From a virus, in the IMG/VR virus record IMGVR_UViG_3300045988_022530, positions 1 to 39,370 of that record: a DNA stretch of 39,370 bases; one strand, given 5' to 3'. The translations under genes and the position numbers were made by a program. Shown here one piece after another: positions 5,776 to 14,308 of the stretch (position 1 is the first letter of the stretch; each line of letters starts with the position of its first letter). The notes beneath the pieces were generated by a model. That model made no database searches and had not been told where the DNA came from. It saw nothing but the letters and a program-made list of their open reading frames with translations.

Positions 5776-7433
5776 TGCAGCACATCGGCGACATCACGAA
5801 AATCGACGGCGCTACCATCGAGCCGGTGTGGTGCGTGACGGGCGGCAGCCCGTGCCAGGACCTGAGCATCGCGGGCAAGCGTGCCGGTCTCGCAGGCGCT
5901 CGAAGCGGCCTGTTTATGGAGCAGATCAGAGTGATAAAGGAGATGAGGGAGCATGACAAACAGCTTGGCTGGGCAGGAGAGCTTATTCGCCCTAGATACA
6001 TGGTCTGGGAAAACGTGCCCGGAGCGCTCAGCAGCAACAAAGGCCGAGACTTTGCGGCCGTGCTCGAGGAAACGATCCGCATCGTCGAGCCGGAAGCCCC
6101 CGGTATTGAAGTGCCTGCAAAAGGCTGGCCTACCTGGGGTGGATACCGAGACGTGGACGGACGATGGAGCGTGGCTTGGCGAGTACACGACGCGCAATAC
6201 TGGGTAGTGCCCCAGCGTCGTCGTCGGATCGCGCTTGTCGCAGATTTTGGAGGCGACACCGCACACGAAATACTCTTTGAGCGCGCGGGCGTGTCAGGGG
6301 ATCTTAAACCGCGCGGCGAGGCGGGGGAAGAAGCTGCCGGAGGCTTTGGAACGGGTGCTGACTGCGCAATCCCGATTAACGATAAGGCCACTCGATACGC
6401 CGGAGGCGGAAGCTCGCGCAACCACGACGGCAGCGGAAACGGACTTGGCATAGGCAAGGACGGGGATCCGTCGCCGACGATCACGGCGGGGGACCGGCAT
6501 ATCGTTTGCGCAGCCTTTAAGGCGGGACAGGGCGCAAAGGCGAACGGCATCGGCTACGCTGAGGAATGCGCGCCGACGCTGGGCGCGGTATCAAGCGGGA
6601 CGAATCAATGTCCGTCTGTTTTGATATTTGATCGCGCGCAGATCACATCGCCGACTAACCGCAGCACCGTCGGACCGGACAAGCCGTGTCCTACGCTGCA
6701 CGCCTTCGGCGAGGTTCCGGCGGTTTGCTATCAAATGCAGGGCTTCGGCGATTACCGCGAAGCTGACGTCGCCAGCTCCTGCAAACAGCGAGACTACAAG
6801 GACAGCACAGATCTGGTTATCGGAATTGACGGAGAATGCAATGCCTATATAGAACAATATGGCACACTGCGAGCGCACGCGAGCGGCGGTGCGGAAGAAA
6901 CGCTTATGCATCGCATGGTCGTGCGGCGTCTGACCCCGCTGGAATGTGAACGGCTTCAGGGATTTCCGGATGGCTGGACGGACATCGGCGACTATACCGA
7001 CAGCACCGGCAAAAAGCGCAAGACATCCGACAGCGCACGGTACAAGGCGCTCGGCAACAGCATCGCGCTTCCGTTCTGGCGATGGATGTTCGGGCGCATG
7101 GCGGCCTATCTGCCGGAAGGTGCGACACTCGGCAGCCTGTTTGACGGCATCGGAGGCTTCCCGCTGTGCTGGGAAGACGTGCACGGCGCTGGAACGGCAG
7201 TATGGGCAAGCGAGATCGAAGAGTTCCCGATCGCTGTGACCAAGAAAAGATTTGGAAGTGAAAACATGATTCACTACACGTTGAATATTGAACCGCCGGT
7301 CGAGCCGCCAGCCTACACCTGCCCGATTTGCCCGGTGTGCGGTGCGGAGACGGACACGGTGTACAAGAACGTTTATGGCGATCCGGTTGGTTGCCCAGAA
7401 TGTGTTACGGAGGTGGACGCATGGGCGGAATGA
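5772..7433 (+). CDS. DNA (cytosine-5) methyltransferase, circularly permuted motif order, with a C-terminal zinc ribbon
   Basis: Motif IV GGSPCQDLS (PCQ at 5850-5858), VI WENVPG (6009-6017), VIII VPQRRRR, IX RRLTPLECERLQGFPDGW and X LGNSIALP. Only then come motif I LFDGIGGF (7140-7157) and motif II ASEIE. The C-terminus reads CPICPVCG...CPEC. Confidence 0.85.
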   Translation: MMQHIGDITKIDGATIEPVWCVTGGSPCQDLSIAGKRAGLAGARSGLFMEQIRVIKEMREHDKQLGWAGELIRPRYMVWENVPGALSSNKGRDFAAVLEETIRIVEPEAPGIEVPAKGWPTWGGYRDVDGRWSVAWRVHDAQYWVVPQRRRRIALVADFGGDTAHEILFERAGVSGDLKPRGEAGEEAAGGFGTGADCAIPINDKATRYAGGGSSRNHDGSGNGLGIGKDGDPSPTITAGDRHIVCAAFKAGQGAKANGIGYAEECAPTLGAVSSGTNQCPSVLIFDRAQITSPTNRSTVGPDKPCPTLHAFGEVPAVCYQMQGFGDYREADVASSCKQRDYKDSTDLVIGIDGECNAYIEQYGTLRAHASGGAEETLMHRMVVRRLTPLECERLQGFPDGWTDIGDYTDSTGKKRKTSDSARYKALGNSIALPFWRWMFGRMAAYLPEGATLGSLFDGIGGFPLCWEDVHGAGTAVWASEIEEFPIAVTKKRFGSENMIHYTLNIEPPVEPPAYTCPICPVCGAETDTVYKNVYGDPVGCPECVTEVDAWAE

Positions 7434-7717
7434 CGGACACCTACATCAAAGGCGGGATGCTGCAGAGCCGCCACTGCGACGGCTGCGCGCACTACCGGCC
7501 GCTGTACGAATCCACGCCGAAGACAAGCCCGAGGGTGTGCCTATACATTTTAAATTTTAAGCGCTCGCGCGGATGCCAGGCCGGAGCCGGATGCCCGCAC
7601 CGGATCACGCCGGAGGACTGGGCGAAAGAAAAAAGCGGCATGGAAGCCATGCGCGCCCGGATGCGCAGCAGCCGGGGCGGGGCGAAAAACCGCGGGAGAA
7701 AGAAGGAAAGCACATGA
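7421..7717 (+). CDS. Hypothetical Cys-rich protein with a basic tail
   Basis: SD GGAGGTG lies 4-5 nt before the ATG at 7421. Cysteine motifs HCDGCAHY...CLY...RGCQAGAGCPH. Confidence 0.6.
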   Translation: MGGMTDTYIKGGMLQSRHCDGCAHYRPLYESTPKTSPRVCLYILNFKRSRGCQAGAGCPHRITPEDWAKEKSGMEAMRARMRSSRGGAKNRGRKKEST

Positions 7718-8649
7718 TCACGAAGACGACGACCGTCGGCATGACGGACGAGCAATGGCACGCCGAGCGGCGCAAGAGCATCGGCGGCAGCGACGCCGGG
7801 ACGATCCTCGGGCTGAACAAATACAGTTCGCCCTACGCGCTGTGGGCCGAGAAGACCGGCCGCGTGACGCCGGAGGACATCAGCGACCGCGAGGCGGTGC
7901 GGCTGGGGCACGACCTGGAGGACTATGTGGCAAAGCGTTTCGCCGAGGCGACCGGAAAGCGGGTGCGGCGGGAAAACCACTTTATCGTCAACAGCGACTA
8001 TCCCTTCGCGCACGCGCTGCCGGACCGCATGGTGATCGGCGAGAACGCGGGGCTGGAATGCAAGACAACGTCCAGCTTCGAGATCCCGAAGCAGTGCGCC
8101 GAGGGTGAATTCCCGGCGGTGTGGTATTGCCAGATCATGCATTACATGATGGTGACGGGCGCGCCGGTGTGGTATCTCGCGGTGCTGTGCTTCGGGCGGG
8201 GATTTTACTGGTTTCGCGTGGAGCGCGACGAGGGCGAAATTTCGGCTCTGGCGGCTGCCGAGCAGGAGTTTTGGCAGTATGTACGGAGCGGGACGGAGCC
8301 GCCTGTGGACGGAACGGACGCGACAGCGGAGGCGCTGCGCACGCTCTATCCCGACAGCAGGGACGGCGAGACGTGCGACCTCGGCGCGGTGCAGTCAGCC
8401 GTGCGCAGCTACACGGCGCTCGGCGAGCAGATTGACGAGCTCAAGCGGCTGCAGGCGGAGCAGGCGGCGACTATCCAGCAGTTTATGGGCACGGCGGAAA
8501 AGGGGCTGTGCGGCGATGTGGCGATCACATGGAAGACGCAGCAGCGCAGCACCTTCGACCGGAAAAAATGGGAGGCGGCGCACGGAGCGATCCCGCGCGA
8601 ATACTTCAAGACGTCGCAGGCGCGACCGTTTCGGGTGACTATCCGATGA
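7714..8649 (+). CDS. YqaJ-type (lambda Exo-like) recombination exonuclease
   Basis: GGSDAGTILGLNKYSSPYALWAEKTG is the hallmark N-terminus. ATGA coupling to the upstream gene. It is paired with RecT downstream. Confidence 0.88.
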   Translation: MITKTTTVGMTDEQWHAERRKSIGGSDAGTILGLNKYSSPYALWAEKTGRVTPEDISDREAVRLGHDLEDYVAKRFAEATGKRVRRENHFIVNSDYPFAHALPDRMVIGENAGLECKTTSSFEIPKQCAEGEFPAVWYCQIMHYMMVTGAPVWYLAVLCFGRGFYWFRVERDEGEISALAAAEQEFWQYVRSGTEPPVDGTDATAEALRTLYPDSRDGETCDLGAVQSAVRSYTALGEQIDELKRLQAEQAATIQQFMGTAEKGLCGDVAITWKTQQRSTFDRKKWEAAHGAIPREYFKTSQARPFRVTIR

Positions 8650-8834
8650 CGCCGTCGACACCATGCAGGGAGTGCCCTGGCCGGTATCCCGGATGCCACG
8701 CACGCTGTGACCGCTACGCCGCATTCCGGCGCGGGAGGGACGCGGCAAATCTGGCACGGCAGCGCGACAACGATATCCTGCGCTACATACGTGAAAACCA
8801 CGAAAAACGAGAATATGTGAAAAAACAACCATAA
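8646..8834 (+). CDS. Small Cys-rich protein (62 aa)
   Basis: ATGA overlap with the upstream stop. Sequence PCRECPGRYPGCHARCDRY. Confidence 0.55.
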   Translation: MTPSTPCRECPGRYPGCHARCDRYAAFRRGRDAANLARQRDNDILRYIRENHEKREYVKKQP

Positions 8835-8856
8835 AAAGAAGAAAAGGAGAAACAGC

Positions 8857-9327
8857 ATGAAGAGGCAAGGGAACATGGTAAAGATCAGCAAAGAGCGGCT
8901 GCGCCTGTTTTGCAGCAAAAACGGTGGTCAGACGGTCGTGAGCGAGACTCTGGGCTACGGTAAAAGCTTCATCAGCAACGCGCTGCACTCCGGGAAGATG
9001 AGCCGGGCGGCGAACAAACTGCTGGCAGCCACATATGGCATCCCGGAGGACTTTTTCCTCGCGCCGGATCCTCCGAAAACGGTGCAGCCTCCGGAGCCGA
9101 AGGACGCACAGCAGGGGGGGCAAGATGGGTACGCGCTGCGGCTTTTGACATCGGACAAGCAGGTTTTCCTGCTGCTGGAGCACGACGGCGAGAAAGTCGG
9201 CAGCGCGTACTCGAAGCGCAAGGACAACAGCGAGCTGGCGCTGGTGCAGGCGATCAGCTACGCGGCACACATGATCTACAAATTCTGCGAACAAAAAACG
9301 CTGCAGGAATCTATGGAGGGTAAGTAA
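8857..9327 (+). CDS. Hypothetical protein with an HTH-like N-terminus
   Basis: SD AAAGGAG lies 7 nt upstream. 156 aa. No recognisable catalytic motif. Confidence 0.6.
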   Translation: MKRQGNMVKISKERLRLFCSKNGGQTVVSETLGYGKSFISNALHSGKMSRAANKLLAATYGIPEDFFLAPDPPKTVQPPEPKDAQQGGQDGYALRLLTSDKQVFLLLEHDGEKVGSAYSKRKDNSELALVQAISYAAHMIYKFCEQKTLQESMEGK

Positions 9328-9329
9328 GC

Positions 9330-10163
9330 ATGGAAAAAAATCTGATCCAGAAGCAGGGCGGCCAGATGAGCGCCGCGAAGGCTGAGAAGAAGACGATGCA
9401 GGCATACATCAAGGCAATGGAGCCGGCGATTAAGAAGGCGCTGCCGAGCGTGATCACGCCGGAGCGGTTCACGCGCATGGTGCTCTCGGCGCTGTCGTCC
9501 ACGCCGAAGCTGGCCGAGTGCTCTCCGCAGTCGTTTCTCGCGGCGATGATGACGGCGGCACAGCTGGGCGTGGAGCCGAACACGGCGTTGGGGCAGGCGT
9601 ACCTGCTGCCGTACCGCAACCACGGGCAGATGGAATGCCAGTTCCAGCTCGGCTACAAGGGCTTGATCGACCTTGCTTACCGCAGCGGCGAGGTGAGCGT
9701 GATCCAGGCGCACACGGTGTACGAGAACGACGTGTTTGAGTACGAGCTGGGCATGGATCCGAAGCTGCGGCACGTACCGGCAAAGGCCGACCGCGGCGAG
9801 GCCGTCGCCTACTACGCGATGTTCAAGACCAAGGACGGCGGCTATGGCTTCGAGGTGATGAGCGTGGACGATGTGCAGCGGCACGCGCAGCGCTACAGCA
9901 AGAGCTACGGGAGCGGATCGAGCCCGTGGCGCTCCAACTTTGACGAGATGGCAAAAAAGACTGTGCTCAAGCGCGCGCTGAAGTATGCGCCGCTGAAGTC
10001 TGACTTCGTGCGCGGTGTGGCGCAGGACGAGACGATCAAGGCCGAGCTGAGCGACGAGATGTACGCCGTGCCGGACGAGACGGTCTTCGATGCCGAAGGC
10101 GAGGAGATCGACAGCACGGCCGTGGACACGGAAACGGGCGAGGTGATCGACAGTGCTGAATAA
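9330..10163 (+). CDS. recT: RecT-family single-strand annealing recombinase
   Basis: TPERFTRMVLSALSSTPKLAECSPQSFLAAMMTAAQLGVEPN...GQAYLLPY...QFQLGYKGLIDLA is typical of RecT. Confidence 0.9.
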   Translation: MEKNLIQKQGGQMSAAKAEKKTMQAYIKAMEPAIKKALPSVITPERFTRMVLSALSSTPKLAECSPQSFLAAMMTAAQLGVEPNTALGQAYLLPYRNHGQMECQFQLGYKGLIDLAYRSGEVSVIQAHTVYENDVFEYELGMDPKLRHVPAKADRGEAVAYYAMFKTKDGGYGFEVMSVDDVQRHAQRYSKSYGSGSSPWRSNFDEMAKKTVLKRALKYAPLKSDFVRGVAQDETIKAELSDEMYAVPDETVFDAEGEEIDSTAVDTETGEVIDSAE

Positions 10164-10629
10164 GATCGTGATCATGGGCCGTCTGACGCGCGACCCGGAG
10201 ATGCGCCAGACCGGGAGCGGGACGTCGGTGACGTCCTTCTCCCTCGCGGTCGAGCGGGACTACAGCGGCAGGGACGGCGGCGAGAAGCAGACGGATTTTA
10301 TCGACGTTGTGGCATGGCGGCACACGGCAGAGTTCGTCGACAAATACTTCGCCAAGGGCGATATGGCCGCCGTGAGCGGCCGCCTGCAGATCCGCGACTG
10401 GACGGACAAGGACGGTAACAAGCGCCGCAGCGCCGAGGTCGTGGCGGACAGCGTCTACTTCGGCGGGAGCAAGCGCAGAGAGACGGACGCAGCGCCTGCT
10501 GCATACGATGCGCGTCCGGTCGCCGTGCAGCCGACGGACGCGGACATGGAGCGGCTCGACGAGCTGGTGAGCGCATACGACAACGTCGCATACGCTGACG
10601 ACATCGACGGCGGAGACCTGCCGTATTAA
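10153..10629 (+). CDS. ssb: Single-stranded DNA-binding protein
   Basis: NKIVIMGRLTRDPEMRQT...FIDVVAWR..AEFVDKYF.KG..AAVSGRLQIRDW is an OB fold. Acidic tail DDIDGGDLPY. Confidence 0.92.
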   Translation: MLNKIVIMGRLTRDPEMRQTGSGTSVTSFSLAVERDYSGRDGGEKQTDFIDVVAWRHTAEFVDKYFAKGDMAAVSGRLQIRDWTDKDGNKRRSAEVVADSVYFGGSKRRETDAAPAAYDARPVAVQPTDADMERLDELVSAYDNVAYADDIDGGDLPY

Positions 10630-10643
10630 GGAGGGCAGAGCAC

Positions 10644-11507
10644 ATGGCATGGATCGAGCTGCACCAGACGCTGCCGACGAACCGCAAGACGATGCGCTTC
10701 AAGCGGCTGCTGAAGATCAAGACGCCGCAGGCCGTCGGCCATATGTGTATGCTGTGGCTCTGGGCAATCGACAACGCGCCGGACGGGGATCTGTCTCCGT
10801 TCGGCGCGGACGAGATCGCGGAGGCCGGCGGCTACACGGGCAAAGACCCGCACGCATTTGTGGACGCACTGGTCGGAGCAGGGTTCGTGGACGACGACGG
10901 CACATCCCTGATGATCCACGAGTGGTATGACTACGTCGGCAATCTGGTGGACAAGCGCGCGATCACCAAGGCGCAGAACCGCGAACGCGCGCAGAGATAC
11001 CGCGACAAGCGCAAGCAAATGAGCGTGACGGAAAGCGTGACGGAGCGTGACGATGTAACGCGGCGTAACGCTGACGTAACGCGTGACGCGAGCGCACGCG
11101 CAGCGTTACGTAACGCCGACGTAACGACCCTATACAGTACAGTACCGTACAGTACCAATACAGTACCCTGTATTTCTGAAGAAAGAAAGGTAAAAGAAAG
11201 AAGCCCGGAGGTGCAGCCTGTGACCGACGTGACGCCTCCGGAAGCTGTCCGGCCTGACGTGCTGGAGACGAAAAACAGGTTGGTCGTGCAGGCGGATATG
11301 CCGAGGGGCCGAAAGCTGGACGAACTGCCGGAGGGGATGCGCCTTGCAGACCTGCCATTTATCAAGCTCTGGCGCAGCAAGGGACGCGACGTGCGCACGG
11401 GCACGGTGACGCTGGCCATTGATGCGTACTTGCGGGAGCGGCCTCCGGAGACTGCGGCGGTGACTGCTGAGACCGCAAAGGCGGGTGAGGCGCGTGTCGA
11501 GCGGTAG
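10644..11507 (+). CDS. Replisome-organizer / replication-initiator-like protein containing the putative origin
   Basis: The N-terminal MAWIELHQTL...MLWLWAIDNAPDGDL resembles phage replisome organizer N-domains. The central low-complexity VT-rich stretch is encoded by DNA iterons. Confidence 0.6.
   Translation: MAWIELHQTLPTNRKTMRFKRLLKIKTPQAVGHMCMLWLWAIDNAPDGDLSPFGADEIAEAGGYTGKDPHAFVDALVGAGFVDDDGTSLMIHEWYDYVGNLVDKRAITKAQNRERAQRYRDKRKQMSVTESVTERDDVTRRNADVTRDASARAALRNADVTTLYSTVPYSTNTVPCISEERKVKERSPEVQPVTDVTPPEAVRPDVLETKNRLVVQADMPRGRKLDELPEGMRLADLPFIKLWRSKGRDVRTGTVTLAIDAYLRERPPETAAVTAETAKAGEARVER
11021..11205. repeat. Putative origin of replication: iteron arrays plus a purine-rich tract inside the organizer gene
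   Basis: Nine GT[GA]ACG hexamers start at 11025, 11037, 11047, 11055, 11065, 11076, 11083, 11110 and 11121. There is a 14-bp palindrome GCGTTACGTAACGC (11103-11116). TACAGTACC starts at 11138, 11148 and 11159, plus TACAGTAC at 11133. The tract GAAGAAAGAAAGGTAAAAGAAAGAAG follows. Confidence 0.6.
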
Positions 11508-11733
11508 CTACCGGCAGGTGCTGGTGCAGTGCCCTTTTTACCTGTATGACGACGGCGCGGGGCGCATCTGCTGCGAAGGGATCGCGCCGGAGACGACGGT
11601 GGCGACGATGTTTCGCCACCGAAGCCAGATGCAGCAGCATATGCGGATCTTCTGCGAGGACGCATTCACCTGCTGTGAGCTGTACAGAGCGGTAATGGCC
11701 GCAAAATACGAAGACGAGGAAGGAGACCAATGA
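11485..11733 (+). CDS. Hypothetical Cys-rich protein
   Basis: CPFYLYDD...RICCEG...FCEDAFTCCELY. The start is uncertain (GTG 11485, 11494 or later). Confidence 0.55.
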   Translation: MRRVSSGSYRQVLVQCPFYLYDDGAGRICCEGIAPETTVATMFRHRSQMQQHMRIFCEDAFTCCELYRAVMAAKYEDEEGDQ

Positions 11734-12041
11734 TGGAAGGAAAAGAACGAAAGCGCGCGGACGATCTTCCGGCCGGCGCTGTGGAGCTGGTAAGAGAGAT
11801 GCTGCACCGGCCGCGCTCGAGCGCAGATTTCTCGCCGGCAGCGCGCTACGCTGTTAGCAAGCTGTGCGACTACGCCGCCCAGGAGCACGAGCTGCGCGAG
11901 AAGGCGGAGGAACGCTACTGCCGGGAGCAGAAAAAGGCGCTGCAGTTTTCAGGCACGATGGCAAAGAAGGAGCGCACGATCGACGACCTGCGGCAGCAGC
12001 TGTCGTTTATGCAGCAGGCGCTGCGGGACGCGGGGGTGTGA
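11730..12041 (+). CDS. Hypothetical coiled-coil protein
   Basis: SD GAAGGAG and ATGA overlap. 103 aa. Confidence 0.6.
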   Translation: MMEGKERKRADDLPAGAVELVREMLHRPRSSADFSPAARYAVSKLCDYAAQEHELREKAEERYCREQKKALQFSGTMAKKERTIDDLRQQLSFMQQALRDAGV

Positions 12042-12043
12042 GT

Positions 12044-12487
12044 ATGAATAAAGACGTTTTGTTTTCCAGCAAAACTGATTTGTGGGAGACCCCACAGGAC
12101 TTTTTTGACATGCTTGACGCGGAGTTCGGCTTTACGCTGGATGCCGCCGCGGACGCACAAAACCACAAATGCCCCTGTTACTATACGCGAGAGCAGGATG
12201 GACTGAAACAGCCCTGGCGGGGCACGGTGTGGTGCAACCCACCATACGGTCGGCAGATCGGCAAGTTGGTGCAAAAGGCCAGCTACGAGAACTACGTGAA
12301 TAACAACACCATCGTCATGTTGCTTCCAGCGAGGACGGACACGCGATGGTTCCACACGTATATCTATAAGCGGCCGAACGTCGAGACACGGTTCGTGCGC
12401 GGGCGGCTGAAATTCGGCGGCAGCAAAAACAGCGCGCCGTTCCCGAACATGGTCGTGATTTTTAAGCCGAAAGATGCGGGGGTGTGA
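12044..12487 (+). CDS. Phage Dam-type DNA N6-adenine methyltransferase
   Basis: WETPQDFFD..LDAAADAQNHKCPCYYT...WCNPPYG (NPPY catalytic motif). Start is the ATG at 12044. Confidence 0.85.
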   Translation: MNKDVLFSSKTDLWETPQDFFDMLDAEFGFTLDAAADAQNHKCPCYYTREQDGLKQPWRGTVWCNPPYGRQIGKLVQKASYENYVNNNTIVMLLPARTDTRWFHTYIYKRPNVETRFVRGRLKFGGSKNSAPFPNMVVIFKPKDAGV

Positions 12488-12489
12488 AG

Positions 12490-12864
12490 ATGGACGCACT
12501 GAAATTTATCGAAGAACGAAACCGAATGTGTGAACGGTATTGGCAGGTAGACGGAGACTGCGACGGCTGCCCGATGCTTAATGTAGACGAATGCAACGAA
12601 CTGCGCAGTATGGTTGACGATGCCGGTAAAGCCGTGGGGAAGGTCGTGGAAATCGTCGAGAAGTGGTCAAAGGAGCATCCGCGCAAGACGCGGCAGGACG
12701 TGTTTTTGGAACAGTGGCCGGAAGCCGATGTCCTTGCAAACGGGTGTTTGCGTATATGCCCGAATAGAATTTCGTCGCGGCATCGCGGCGCACATGGGGA
12801 ATGTATCGCCGCGATTAAATGTGACGATTGCCGCCGCGAGTTCTGGATGCAGGAGGTTGAGTGA
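12490..12864 (+). CDS. Hypothetical Cys-rich phage protein
   Basis: DGDCDGCPMLNVDEC ... ICPNR ... CDDCRREFW. ATG at 12490 follows GGGGGTG. Alternative GTG start at 12484. Confidence 0.6.
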   Translation: MDALKFIEERNRMCERYWQVDGDCDGCPMLNVDECNELRSMVDDAGKAVGKVVEIVEKWSKEHPRKTRQDVFLEQWPEADVLANGCLRICPNRISSRHRGAHGECIAAIKCDDCRREFWMQEVE

Positions 12865-12901
12865 TTGGGTGCGATAGGAGGTGGAGTGATTGGGTGCGAT
12901 A
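12859..12901. repeat. 18-bp direct repeat GAGTGATTGGGTGCGATA x2 (12859-12876 and 12884-12901) at a gene junction
   Basis: Exact duplicate. Copy 1 holds the stop of the upstream gene and copy 2 holds the GTG start of the next small ORF. Confidence 0.8.
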
Positions 12902-13020
12902 CTTGTGTGTTTTACCCGCCAAGCGCTTGCGACGGTAAACCATGCTGTATGTGCGACACTGATGATGTGCTGTTTAACTGCTATCAACCAGCTTTTAAAG
13001 ATGGGGGTGATGAAGCGTGA
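12886..13020 (+). CDS. Small Cys-rich ORF (44 aa), below the ORF-track cutoff
   Basis: AGGAGG lies 4 nt before the GTG at 12886. Encodes VIGCDTCVFYPPSACDGKPCCMCDTDDVLFNCYQPAFKDGGDEA. Its stop overlaps the next start (GTGA). Confidence 0.55.
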   Translation: MIGCDTCVFYPPSACDGKPCCMCDTDDVLFNCYQPAFKDGGDEA

Positions 13021-13346
13021 AAGCGTGGCTTGCCAGAGAAAAGGACGAATTTTGTGCAACCGTTGTTTTTGCCGAAACGCGAGGAAAAGCAAAGGCTTTG
13101 GCGTTGTATACTGAAGCTTGTGAAGATGCCGATTTTATCTACATCGAAGTTCACAGGTTGAAAGAAGCGGATAAATACTACCAGCCCGGTAAAACGGAAC
13201 TTTGCTGGTTTAATGCCGAAGATCGAATCGCAATGGTTAAAGATTGTGGATTTACTTGCGATCCTGACGCACATTGTGCGGAAGAATGTGCTGATTGCCC
13301 TGCAAAAGAATTTTGCGATGATTTTATTGGAGGCGATGAAGGATGA
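13017..13346 (+). CDS. Hypothetical protein (Cys-rich C-terminus)
   Basis: 109 aa, CDPDAHCAEECADCPAKEFC. Coupled to both neighbouring genes. Confidence 0.6.
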   Translation: MKAWLAREKDEFCATVVFAETRGKAKALALYTEACEDADFIYIEVHRLKEADKYYQPGKTELCWFNAEDRIAMVKDCGFTCDPDAHCAEECADCPAKEFCDDFIGGDEG

Positions 13347-13888
13347 GTAAGGCTATCATGCTGAGCATCCGTCCAAAGTGGTGCGAAAAGATTGCCAGCG
13401 GCAAAAAAACTGTCGAAGTCCGCAAGACAAAGCCAAAGCTGAAACCGCCGTTCAAGTGCTATATTTATTGCACAAAAGATAAGAATAATCATTTTTGGAC
13501 TGGAAAGCGTTATTCTTATGCTGACGATCACAGCCACAATGCATTTGATAAAATCGGAAGTGGTAAGATCATAGGCGAGTTCATCTGCGACCAGATTTAT
13601 GAGCTCGCGCCTCTCAACCATGCACCGGACGACGTAGAAAAGCAAGCCTGCCTGACACGGGAAGAAATTGTGAACTACCTAAAGGGGGCCGGCTACGGCT
13701 GGCACATTTCCGACCTAAAAATCTACGATATGCCGAAGAATCTGACAGAATTTCACACTCAGGAAAAATGCAAATCATGCAGCAAAAGCGGGTACGAAAG
13801 CACAGCCTGTATCTATGATGAAAATTGCATGGTTCCGGTGGCAATTACTAAAGCACCGCAAAGCTGGTGTTACGTGGAGGAGGGCTGA
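13343..13888 (+). CDS. ASCH (PUA-like) domain protein
   Basis: The N-terminal LSIRPKWCEKIASGKKTVEVRK is the typical ASCH signature. Lower-GC codon usage (by eye). Confidence 0.7.
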   Translation: MSKAIMLSIRPKWCEKIASGKKTVEVRKTKPKLKPPFKCYIYCTKDKNNHFWTGKRYSYADDHSHNAFDKIGSGKIIGEFICDQIYELAPLNHAPDDVEKQACLTREEIVNYLKGAGYGWHISDLKIYDMPKNLTEFHTQEKCKSCSKSGYESTACIYDENCMVPVAITKAPQSWCYVEEG

Positions 13889-13890
13889 CA

Positions 13891-14181
13891 ATGAGACTGA
13901 TTGATGCGGATGATTTGGGCGTGGGGCGGTGCAGCAAAGATGTTCTCCCTGCAGCGTATTGTGCTGGTTGGAACGGATTATTTGGCTTGATCGAAAAAGC
14001 TCCCACTGTGGACGCTGTGCCGGTGGTGCACACCTACTGGGCGCATCTTGGCGGTGACGAGTGGATTTGCCCTGCGTGCGGCTTTGTCATCACCACTGAG
14101 GGCAGTTGGGATAAGCCTACTAAAAAATACTGCGAGGATTGCGGCGCGAAGATGGACGGTGGTAGCGATGCGCTTGATTGA
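13891..14181 (+). CDS. Hypothetical protein: MRLIDAD...APTVDA module fused to a zinc ribbon
   Basis: MRLIDADDL...KAPTVDAVPVV, then CPACG...CEDCG. Confidence 0.6.
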   Translation: MRLIDADDLGVGRCSKDVLPAAYCAGWNGLFGLIEKAPTVDAVPVVHTYWAHLGGDEWICPACGFVITTEGSWDKPTKKYCEDCGAKMDGGSDALD

Positions 14182-14308
14182 CGCGGATGCCGTGCTGCGC
14201 AGCCTGTCGGACGATCTGCCGTACAAGGACAGTGTCCGGCGGGTGCTGATGCAAGCGCCGACGGTGGATGCCGGGATGGATGTGCACGATGCCGAACCGG
14301 AAGAATAG
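14168..14308 (+). CDS. Small paralogue of the MRLIDAD...APTVDA module (46 aa)
   Basis: MRLIDADAVL...QAPTVDAGMDV. It overlaps the upstream gene by 14 nt. Confidence 0.5.
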   Translation: MRLIDADAVLRSLSDDLPYKDSVRRVLMQAPTVDAGMDVHDAEPEE

